Source: a virus (lineage: Duplodnaviria > Heunggongvirae > Uroviricota > Caudoviricetes). Taken from it: a stretch of 44,989 nt of DNA. The position numbers were made by a program, and so were the translations under genes. Shown piece by piece: positions 17,305-25,162 of this stretch; position 1 is the stretch's first letter, and each line of letters opens with the position of its first letter. Under the pieces are notes generated by a model. That model had not been told where the DNA came from and did not search any database. It saw only the letters and a list, made by a program, of their open reading frames with translations. Where the stretch lies: IMG/VR virus record IMGVR_UViG_2872703611_000005; one strand, given 5' to 3'.

Positions 17305-17381
17305 GCGTTGTTAGCTCAGCCGGACAGAGCAATTGCCTTCTAAGCAATCGGTCACTGGTTCGAATCCAGTACAACGCGCCA
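17305..17381 (+). tRNA. tRNA-Arg (anticodon UCU)
   Basis: Hand-folded cloverleaf; GCGTTGT/ACAACGC acceptor, anticodon loop CTTCTAA, T-arm GGTTCGAATCC, 3' CCA. Confidence 0.8.
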
Positions 17382-17557
17382 CGCTTATTTTTCCAGGCTC
17401 GCTTCGGCGGGCCTTTTTCATATCCGCGCCACGCCCGGCGCACATCAAAAAACCACAGAGCCTTTCAGGGGTGAGCTTACGGGATGGTCAGTGTGACTTT
17501 CTCTGTGGGCTGGTCACCCCCCGGGCGCAGGCTCACCCACTAAAAGGAAAAGTCACG

Positions 17558-17983
17558 ATGTTTGGTATTTTCAAAAAGAAAACCCGCAAGGCCATTACCG
17601 AAGTGAAGAAGATGGAGAACCGTGACGCAGTGGAGGCGACCGTCTGGGGCGCGTACTCCATTGCATACGCTGACGGCACCTGTGACGCGAAAGAAATCGC
17701 GGTACTGGAAAAAACCATTGCAGCACTTCCTGCCTTTGCGCCGTTCTCCGGTGAGATTGCACAAATGAGTGCAAATATCCGCGCCCGTTATGAAGCGTCG
17801 CCGCGTTCTGCCAATGCCGAAGCTCTTCGTCAGCTGGCTGATGTTGCCGGTACTGATGATGCAGTTAATGTGCTGTGCCTGTGTCTGGATATCGCTGACC
17901 AGGACGGTATCGCTCAGGAAGAAGAAGCGCAACTGAAGAAAATTGCGCAGGCGCTGCAGTTGCCGCTGGAGCAGTACCTGTGA
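17558..17983 (+). CDS. TerB-like domain protein (tellurite-resistance TerB / DjlA N-terminal-like)
   Basis: 141 aa from ATG with AAAAGGAAAAG RBS; two repeats of the AxADGxxDxxE / DxDGIAQEEE pattern; family call from motif recollection only. Confidence 0.5.
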   Translation: MFGIFKKKTRKAITEVKKMENRDAVEATVWGAYSIAYADGTCDAKEIAVLEKTIAALPAFAPFSGEIAQMSANIRARYEASPRSANAEALRQLADVAGTDDAVNVLCLCLDIADQDGIAQEEEAQLKKIAQALQLPLEQYL

Positions 17984-18132
17984 AAAGTGCGCGCCTTGTG
18001 CTGGCTGTCATCCTGTTGTTTCTGGTAGTGGTGGTTGATTTCACCGGACGACTGATGTCAGTGCTGACAGATGGTGTGCTGGTGGCGATGGCGCTGGTCG
18101 TGCTCCGGCCTTTACTGCGTAAATCTGAATAA
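17980..18132 (+). CDS. Putative small hydrophobic membrane peptide overlapping TerB-like stop
   Basis: 50 codons from GTG overlapping the preceding TGA; strongly hydrophobic (LAVILLFLVVVVDF...VLVAMALVVL); speculative. Confidence 0.3.
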   Translation: MKSARLVLAVILLFLVVVVDFTGRLMSVLTDGVLVAMALVVLRPLLRKSE

Positions 18133-18218
18133 CATCACACAAAAGGCATCTGCGGATGCCTTTGACGGGGTGTTTTTTACGGGTCGCTGGTGGCCCTTTT
18201 TTATTTTCAGGAGGAAGT

Positions 18219-18611
18219 ATGTCTGAACCCTTATCCGGTTCCGGCACGGCTGCGGCGCTGGGGGGCGCGACGGTATTCGGGCTGTTTACCGGGATGGATT
18301 TCGGGATTGTGTTTGGCGCGTTCGCCGGGGCGTTATTTGTGGCAACAATGCCACAGTCACTTTCAGTCTGGCGCGTGGTGGCACATTTTCTGGTGTCGTT
18401 TATTGTCGGCGTGCTGGGAGCGCGTGTGCTGTCAGCCTGGATTGCATCAAAAACAGGGTATGACGCTACATCAGCAGATGCGCTTTGCGCGGTGCTGGTC
18501 TCGGTGGTGTCGGTGAAGATTCTCTCGTTCATCCACCAGCAGGATATTGCATCGCTGGTGTCCGGTGTGTTCTCCCGCCTGCGGGGTGGAGGAGGCGGCA
18601 ATGTTAAGTAA
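18219..18611 (+). CDS. Putative holin-like membrane protein
   Basis: 130 aa from ATG with AGGAGG RBS; Gly/Ala-rich TM segments; first gene of the lysis cassette. Confidence 0.5.
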   Translation: MSEPLSGSGTAAALGGATVFGLFTGMDFGIVFGAFAGALFVATMPQSLSVWRVVAHFLVSFIVGVLGARVLSAWIASKTGYDATSADALCAVLVSVVSVKILSFIHQQDIASLVSGVFSRLRGGGGGNVK

Positions 18612-18876
18612 CCTTCCCGGATTGCTGAATGTGGCGTTATGCACGGTTATCGTGCTGACGCTCTTTTTTTATCGTCGCCGTGATTCCAGACATAAACCGC
18701 TGGTGTCATGGCTGGCCTGGCTGCTGATGCTGCTGTATGCCTTTGCGCCCCTCAGCTATCTGTGTGGTCGCCCGTTAGCAACGGGCTGGCTGGAAGTGTT
18801 TTTTAACCTGCTGTTCTGCGTGCTGGTGATACGCGCACGCGGGAACGTCACAAAAATCTTTCCATTGTTGAGGTGA
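18601..18876 (+). CDS. Second membrane protein of the lysis cassette (holin/antiholin-like)
   Basis: 91 aa, hydrophobic helices, overlaps neighbours on both sides. Confidence 0.45.
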   Translation: MLSNLPGLLNVALCTVIVLTLFFYRRRDSRHKPLVSWLAWLLMLLYAFAPLSYLCGRPLATGWLEVFFNLLFCVLVIRARGNVTKIFPLLR

Positions 18877-19256
18877 ATATGCCGGGTAAATTCAGATTCA
18901 GCCGTCGCAGTGAAAAAAATCTGGAGGGTGTCAAACCACAGCTGGTTGCTGTAGTTCGCCGTGCGCTGGAGCTGACGGAGGTTGATTTCGGTATTACGGA
19001 AGGCCTGCGCAGTAAGTATCGCCAGAAACAGCTGGTTGCGGAAGGGAAAAGCCAGACCATGAACAGCCGCCACCTGACCGGTGATGCGGTGGATGTTGTG
19101 GCCTACATCGGCAGCCAGGTGTCATGGGAGTGGTCTCTGTACGAGAAAATCGCACAGGCATTTAAGCAGGCTGCCGCAGAGCTGGGGATCGCTATCGAAT
19201 GGGGCGGGGACTGGAAAACGCTGAAAGACGGACCTCACTTTCAGCTGAAGCGATAA
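18873..19256 (+). CDS. Endolysin, peptidase M15 (VanY/L-alanyl-D-glutamate peptidase-like)
   Basis: 127 aa; SRHLTGDAVDV and DGPHFQ match the zinc-ligand motifs of M15 peptidases. Confidence 0.75.
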   Translation: MNMPGKFRFSRRSEKNLEGVKPQLVAVVRRALELTEVDFGITEGLRSKYRQKQLVAEGKSQTMNSRHLTGDAVDVVAYIGSQVSWEWSLYEKIAQAFKQAAAELGIAIEWGGDWKTLKDGPHFQLKR

Positions 19257-19263
19257 GTAAAAC

Positions 19264-19297
19264 AAAACCCCGGCTGGGGGAACAGTCCGGGGTTTTT
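19264..19297 (+). terminator. Intrinsic terminator after endolysin
   Basis: AAAACCCCGGCTGGGGGAACAGTCCGGGGTTTTT hairpin plus T-tract. Confidence 0.7.
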
Positions 19298-19388
19298 AGT
19301 TTTCACGTCAAAGGGGAAATTGTGATTAGTGAGTAGGGAGAAAATCCTCGTGGGAAAGTATAAAAGATTCTTTTTGAGGTTGTCCATT

Positions 19389-19502
19389 ATGAAAGGTATT
19401 GAAATGGAAACTCCCGCGAGCCTTGATTTGACAAGGGCTGCGGCCTTTGCAATTCGCCTTGTGGCGGTCGCTGTTCTGATTTGGGCTGTGCGTTGGTGGT
19501 GA
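19389..19502 (+). CDS. Putative 37-aa single-TM peptide
   Basis: MKGIEMETPASLDLTRAAAFAIRLVAVAVLIWAVRWW; stop 1 nt before the next ORF; below the ORF-track cutoff. Confidence 0.3.
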   Translation: MKGIEMETPASLDLTRAAAFAIRLVAVAVLIWAVRWW

Positions 19503-19503
19503 T

Positions 19504-19686
19504 ATGGCGCGAAAACACTGGACACGCAGAATGCCGCGAACGGCGGTGAAACGGGCACTGGTAGCGATACTGGTGCCTTTTTTATTGGTGGGGTGCGTCA
19601 GCCTGGATAAGGCGCGCCAGCTTTTCGATACCGCGTCTCAGGTCTGTGAAATTGTCGACAGTGTTCGGCAGTGTCTGCAGAACTGA
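19504..19686 (+). CDS. Putative small lipoprotein (lipobox LLVGC)
   Basis: 60 aa; basic N-region, hydrophobic core and L-V-G-C lipobox; four Cys in the mature part. Confidence 0.45.
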   Translation: MARKHWTRRMPRTAVKRALVAILVPFLLVGCVSLDKARQLFDTASQVCEIVDSVRQCLQN

Positions 19687-19857
19687 TCGCCTGTAAGAGC
19701 AGAATATTTTGCTGAAAAATGAAGGATGCGCCAGCGTCCGGTAAGCATGAAATTCTGTGTTTGTGGCTACTCAATAAAATAAATTCTTTCTGTCGCCGCG
19801 AATACTCAAATGTTGATCAGTGCCCGGTGCGGCGACGGGCTTCGATATCAGGAGACG

Positions 19858-20253
19858 ATGATGGAAAAAACAGAAAACAAACCGATTGTAATTGGTGCTG
19901 ATGCTGCTCCGTTTAAGTTTGAGTTGTCTCAACTGGTGGAGATGCGTATCAGTGATGAATGGGGTGAGGTTAAAGCCCGCGCGCAGTATGCGGATGGCGA
20001 AAACCAGTACTTGATCCACTACAAAGCAGCTGATGGTCGCGCCACGACGGAGTGGTTTGGTGAGTCAATGCTGGAAGCAACAGAAGGTGATCGTCATCCG
20101 GGTTGTCCGGTATTTGCCGGTATGAAATTACCGGAAGGTGCAGTTGAACTGCAGCCAGGTGAGGTGTTCGTAATGACAGACATCATTGATGGTAAACCGC
20201 AGTATTCGCGTATTGAAATGAATAGTAAGAGTGCTCGCCTGATTCGTGAGTAA
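19858..20253 (+). CDS. Hypothetical 131-aa protein
   Basis: ORF from internal ATG (MMEKTENK...); between lysis genes and the packaging region. Confidence 0.4.
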   Translation: MMEKTENKPIVIGADAAPFKFELSQLVEMRISDEWGEVKARAQYADGENQYLIHYKAADGRATTEWFGESMLEATEGDRHPGCPVFAGMKLPEGAVELQPGEVFVMTDIIDGKPQYSRIEMNSKSARLIRE

Positions 20254-20835
20254 CAGGCATTACAGCAGCCCTTCACTCTAAGGGGTTGCTGTAATGTGAG
20301 AAATAAAAAACCGGTCACAGGGAGCAGCTACACAGAAGCGGCCGGCGAAGACCGCCAATACCACCCATGCATTGATGCAACATACTAATGACAATAGCCG
20401 CTATTGATGTAAATGCAATGTTATGCATCGACGAAAATAAAAAACCGGCAGGGGAAATCCATTGAAGATTTGCCGGTGGCAAAAGAGGGCCATGTTTTTA
20501 ACCTTAGTCGCAGAGTTACGGAGTGCAACTACGAATGCTGCCGGTATATGGCTGAATGGCGTTTCAATGATGTACGTCATCTTATCTGTAAATGTTAATG
20601 ACAAACGCTCTCATTTGTGCGGGTCCTTCCGGTGGGGTGGCCTGCCACGGGGCGGGAGCGTCGCGGAAAAAGGCTAGTTTTTAAAATTTTATTCGTCATC
20701 ACCACCACTGTAATAGATTGATATTACAGTGGTTTTATTTTTATGGTGTCGATTTTGATTGTTTTTTGTTCATCACTAACACCGTTTGCCTAAAGTTGTT
20801 CGCGAGATGCATGTTTAAAACATTCTGGAGCGGGT

Positions 20836-21330
20836 ATGGATCGAGAGTTAAAAAATCTGACGCTGAATATCAGTCAACTGGCGGCACTGTCAGGTGTACA
20901 TCGCCAGACTGCTGCGGCAAGGCTGCAAAATCTACCCGTTGCAGGGGGGCATGAAAGCAACCTCAAGCTTTATCGGGTGGTTGATATTGTGTCGGCATTT
21001 CTGGCATTGCCACCGCCGGTTGCAGAAGGCGAAATGGACGCGCATGAGCGCAAAGCCTGGTATCAGTCTGAACGTGAGCGTCTTAAGTTCGAACAGGAAA
21101 CGGCACAACTCATTTCGGCCAGTGATGTCAGACGGGAGTTTGCCATCTGGGCAAAAGCGGTCGTGCAGGTGCTGGAGACATTACCGGATATTCTGGAACG
21201 TGACTGCGGTCTGCAGCCTGCCGCTGTGAGCCGTGTTCAGTCCATTATTGATGATCTGCGCGATCAGATAGCCCTGCGGGTGACTGAAGCAGGTGCGGAT
21301 GATGAGGAGGAATTACAGCAGGAGGAGTAA
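20836..21330 (+). CDS. Terminase small subunit (Nu1-like)
   Basis: 164 aa with N-terminal HTH-like LTLNISQLAALSGVHRQTAAARL and acidic C-terminus; immediately upstream of the large subunit. Confidence 0.75.
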   Translation: MDRELKNLTLNISQLAALSGVHRQTAAARLQNLPVAGGHESNLKLYRVVDIVSAFLALPPPVAEGEMDAHERKAWYQSERERLKFEQETAQLISASDVRREFAIWAKAVVQVLETLPDILERDCGLQPAAVSRVQSIIDDLRDQIALRVTEAGADDEEELQQEE

Positions 21331-23432
21331 TGCTGAATCAGGAAACCGCAAAGGCAGCACGAACCGATTCAGGTTATATCCTTCGCGCACCGAGACGAAT
21401 GCGGGTTGCTGATGCCGTTGCTCAGTATATGCGGGTGCCCATGGGGGCAGGTAACTCAGTCCCGTGGGATCCGCTGGTGGCACCGTATGTTATTGAGCCG
21501 ATGAACTGCCTGGCCTCGCGTGAATACGACGCAGTGATATTTGTTGGCCCGGCACGAACCGGCAAGACTATCGGCCTGATTGACGGCTGGGTGATTTACA
21601 ACGTGATTTGCGATCCTGCTGATATGCTGATCATTCAGATGACGGAGGAAAAAGCCCGCGAACACTCCAAAAAACGACTCGCCAGAACGTTTCGCGTCAG
21701 CCCGGAAGTGGTCAGTCGCCTGAGTCCGAACAAAAATGACAACAACGTTTATGACAGAACATTCCTTGCTGGTAACTACCTGAAAATCGGCTGGCCGTCA
21801 GTCAATATCATGTCCTCATCAGATTATAAATGCGTCGCGCTGACGGATTATGACCGTTTTCCGGAAGATATTGATGGCGAGGGGGATGCTTTCTCTCTTG
21901 CCTCAAAACGTACCACCACATTTATGTCCAGCGGTATGACGTTGGTGGAGAGTTCCCCCGGCAGGGATGTGAAGGATGTGAAATGGCGACGGACTTCACC
22001 GCATGAGGCTCCACCAACCACGGGGATCCTGTCGCTCTATAACCGTGGTGATCGCCGTCGCTGGTACTGGCCCTGTCCACACTGTGGTGAGTATTTTCAG
22101 CCCTGCGGCGATGTGGTTGCTGGTTTCCGTGATATTGCCGATCCCGTGCTGGCAAGTGAGGCGGCTTATATTCAGTGTCCTTCCTGTTCAGGACGGATTA
22201 TGCCTGAACAAAAACGTGAGCTGAACGGACGTGGGGTCTGGTTGCGGGATGGTGAATCCATCAATGCGGATGGCAGTCGTTATGGTGATCCCCGACGCTC
22301 ACGTATTGCGTCATTCTGGATGGAGGGTCCGGCAGCTGCTTACCAGACACTCTCGCAACTCGTTTACAAACTGCTTACTGCAGAACAGGAATACGAGACA
22401 ACCGGAAGTGAAGAAACACTCAGGGCGGTTATCAATACCGACTGGGGATTACCTTATCTTCCCCGCGCCAGCATGGAGCAACGAAAAAGTGAACTGCTTG
22501 AGCAGCGGGCAGAGCCAGTTCTTTCCCGCAGTGTGCCGGATGGCGTTAATTTCCTTGTGGCGACAGTGGATGTGCAGGCGGGACGTCATCGCCGTTTTGT
22601 GGTTCAGGTAACGGGCTATGGCAGCCGTGGCGAACGCTGGATTATTGATCGTTACAACATCACGCAGTCATTGCGCGGTGACAGCGACGGGGAGAGCCAG
22701 CGAATTGATCCGGCCAGCTATCCGGAAGACTGGGATGTCCTGCTGACGGATGTTTTTCATAAAAGCTGGCCGCTGGCCTCCAATCCTTCTCAACAAATGC
22801 GACTGATGGCAATGGCGGTGGACTCCGGCGGTGAAGACGGGGTCACTGATAATGCCTATAAATTCTGGCGTCGTTGCCGTCGTGATGGCCTTGGTAAACG
22901 TATTTACCTGTTTAAGGGCGACAGCATCCGGCGCGCAAAACTGATCACCCGTACATTCCCTGATAACACCGGACGAACGGGCCGACGGGCGCAGGCCGCA
23001 GGTGATGTGCCGCTCTGGCTTCTTCAGACGGATGCACTGAAAGACCGGGTGAATAACGCGTTATGGCGTGACTCGCCAGGTCCAGGCTATGTGCATTTCC
23101 CTGACTGGCTGGGGAGCTGGTTTTACGACGAACTGACGTATGAAGAGCGGAGCAGTGACGGGAAATGGAGTAAGCCGGGTCGCGGTGCCAACGAAGCTTT
23201 TGACCTGATGGTGTATGCCGAGGCTCTGGTCATTCTGCATGGATACGAAAAGATCCGCTGGCCGGATGCACCGGAGTGGGCGAGCCGGGAAACCTGGCTG
23301 GAGTGTGTCCAGGACAGTACTGAACCGTCATCCTCACCGGAACCGGTATCCACGCCTGTTAAAAAACAAAAACGGAAGAAAACAGTAACTGACGATGTTA
23401 ACCCCTGGCTGACTTCCGGAGGATGGTTATGA
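21330..23432 (+). CDS. Terminase large subunit (lambda A-like)
   Basis: 700 aa; Walker A-like VGPARTGKT; position and size as lambda gpA. Confidence 0.85.
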   Translation: MLNQETAKAARTDSGYILRAPRRMRVADAVAQYMRVPMGAGNSVPWDPLVAPYVIEPMNCLASREYDAVIFVGPARTGKTIGLIDGWVIYNVICDPADMLIIQMTEEKAREHSKKRLARTFRVSPEVVSRLSPNKNDNNVYDRTFLAGNYLKIGWPSVNIMSSSDYKCVALTDYDRFPEDIDGEGDAFSLASKRTTTFMSSGMTLVESSPGRDVKDVKWRRTSPHEAPPTTGILSLYNRGDRRRWYWPCPHCGEYFQPCGDVVAGFRDIADPVLASEAAYIQCPSCSGRIMPEQKRELNGRGVWLRDGESINADGSRYGDPRRSRIASFWMEGPAAAYQTLSQLVYKLLTAEQEYETTGSEETLRAVINTDWGLPYLPRASMEQRKSELLEQRAEPVLSRSVPDGVNFLVATVDVQAGRHRRFVVQVTGYGSRGERWIIDRYNITQSLRGDSDGESQRIDPASYPEDWDVLLTDVFHKSWPLASNPSQQMRLMAMAVDSGGEDGVTDNAYKFWRRCRRDGLGKRIYLFKGDSIRRAKLITRTFPDNTGRTGRRAQAAGDVPLWLLQTDALKDRVNNALWRDSPGPGYVHFPDWLGSWFYDELTYEERSSDGKWSKPGRGANEAFDLMVYAEALVILHGYEKIRWPDAPEWASRETWLECVQDSTEPSSSPEPVSTPVKKQKRKKTVTDDVNPWLTSGGWL

Positions 23433-23641
23433 ACCAGAATGATATCGAAGCCATGATTCAGCGTTATACGGAAGCTGAAATGGCGGTGCTGGACGGAAAA
23501 TCCGTCACTTTTAATGGTCAGCAGATGACCATGGAAAACTTATCTGAGATCCGGCAGGGACGGCAGGAGTGGGAGCGCCGCCTTGCGGCTCTGATTACAC
23601 GACGACGGGGGCATCCCGGGTACCGGCTGGCGAGGTTCTGA
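23423..23641 (+). CDS. Head-tail joining protein W-like
   Basis: 72 aa between terminase and portal; C-terminus ...RRRGHPGYRLARF resembles lambda gpW. Confidence 0.7.
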   Translation: MVMNQNDIEAMIQRYTEAEMAVLDGKSVTFNGQQMTMENLSEIRQGRQEWERRLAALITRRRGHPGYRLARF

Positions 23642-25149
23642 TGGCAATTCTTGATGATGTGATTGGCGTTTTTTCACCAGGATGGAAAGCGGCAAGGCTG
23701 CGTTCCCGGGCGGTGATCCAGGCTTATGAGGCCGTAAAAACGACACGGACACACAAAGCCCGGCGGGAAAACCGAACTGCCGACCAGTTAAGCCAGTACG
23801 GGGCCGTGTCGTTACGTGAGCAGGCCCGTTACCTTGATAACAACCACGATCTGGTTATTGGTGTATTTGACAAGCTGGAAGAACGGGTTGTGGGGAAAAA
23901 CGGGATTATTGTCGAGCCACATCCGGTATTACGCAATGGGGCCATTGCCCGTGATCTGGCAGCGGAGATACGCACCCGATGGAGTGAATGGTCTGTCAGT
24001 CCGGAAGTCACCGGGCAGTTTACCCGTCCGATGCTGGAACGTCTGATGCTGCGTACCTGGCTGCGCGATGGTGAGGTGTTTGCCCAGATGGTTTCCGGGC
24101 GCATAAACAGCCTGACGCCTTCTGCCGGTGTTCATTTCTGGCTGGAGGCGCTCGAGCCGGACTTTATTCCCATGACCAGTGATGAGAGCAACAGGCTGAA
24201 TCAGGGCGTGTTTGTTGATGACTGGGGGCGTCCCGAAAAATATCTGGTGTATAAAAGCCGTCCCGTATCCGGGCGGCAGATGGAAACCAAAGAAGTGGAT
24301 GCAGAGCGAATGCTGCATCTTAAATTTGTTCGCCGTCTGCACCAGATGCGCGGGACGTCTTTGTTGTCCGGTGTGCTGATCCGCCTCAGTGCCCTGAAAG
24401 AGTATGAAGATTCTGAGCTGACTGCAGCAAGGATCGCCGCTGCTCTGGGGATGTACATCCGGAAAGGCGACGGGCAGAGCTATGAACCGGATGGTAATGG
24501 CAGCAAGGAGAATGAACGCGAGCTTACCATTCAGCCAGGCATTATTTACGACGATCTGAAACCCGGCGAAGAAATCGGAATGGTGAAGTCGGATCGTCCC
24601 AATCCTAACCTTGAAACTTTTCGTAATGGTCAGTTGCGTGCCGTGGCGGCGGGCAGTCGTCTGAGTTTTTCCAGCACGGCACGCAACTATAACGGCACTT
24701 ACAGCGCCCAGCGTCAGGAGCTGGTTGAATCCACTGATGGCTACCTGATCCTGCAGGACTGGTTTATTGGTGCCGTCACCCGCCCGATGTATCGTGCCTG
24801 GCTGAAACAGGCTGTGGCATCCGGTGTTATCAGGCTACCCCGCGATCTTGATCGTTCTTCACTGTATACCGCGGTGTATTCCGGACCGGTGATGCCGTGG
24901 ATTGACCCTGTTAAGGAGGCTGAGGCCTGGAAAATTCAGATTCGTGGTGGAGCGGCGACAGAATCAGACTGGGTACGTGCAGGTGGTCGTAATCCGGATG
25001 ATGTCAAACGTCGGCGCAAGGCCGAAATTGATGAAAACCGCAAGCTGGATCTGGTATTTGATACCGATCCGGCCAGTGATAAAGGAGGCAGCAGTGCCGC
25101 AACGAAACGACAGGAGCCGCAGCACACCGACGACCAGTCCGAAGAATAA
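23641..25149 (+). CDS. Portal protein (lambda B-like)
   Basis: 502 aa from ATG overlapping the W stop (TGATG); position and size as lambda gpB. Confidence 0.8.
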   Translation: MAILDDVIGVFSPGWKAARLRSRAVIQAYEAVKTTRTHKARRENRTADQLSQYGAVSLREQARYLDNNHDLVIGVFDKLEERVVGKNGIIVEPHPVLRNGAIARDLAAEIRTRWSEWSVSPEVTGQFTRPMLERLMLRTWLRDGEVFAQMVSGRINSLTPSAGVHFWLEALEPDFIPMTSDESNRLNQGVFVDDWGRPEKYLVYKSRPVSGRQMETKEVDAERMLHLKFVRRLHQMRGTSLLSGVLIRLSALKEYEDSELTAARIAAALGMYIRKGDGQSYEPDGNGSKENERELTIQPGIIYDDLKPGEEIGMVKSDRPNPNLETFRNGQLRAVAAGSRLSFSSTARNYNGTYSAQRQELVESTDGYLILQDWFIGAVTRPMYRAWLKQAVASGVIRLPRDLDRSSLYTAVYSGPVMPWIDPVKEAEAWKIQIRGGAATESDWVRAGGRNPDDVKRRRKAEIDENRKLDLVFDTDPASDKGGSSAATKRQEPQHTDDQSEE

Positions 25150-25162
25150 TTCCTGGTTCAGG

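Noticed and set aside
17400-18220. Shiga toxin genes at the canonical stx site between the tRNAs and the holin
   Set aside because: No ORFs of stxA/stxB size or type are present; the slot holds the TerB-like gene instead.
24902-25162. N-terminal 87-codon extension of the protease-capsid ORF overlapping the portal gene
   Set aside because: Read-through of the frame upstream of the real start; the ATG at 25163 follows the portal stop.
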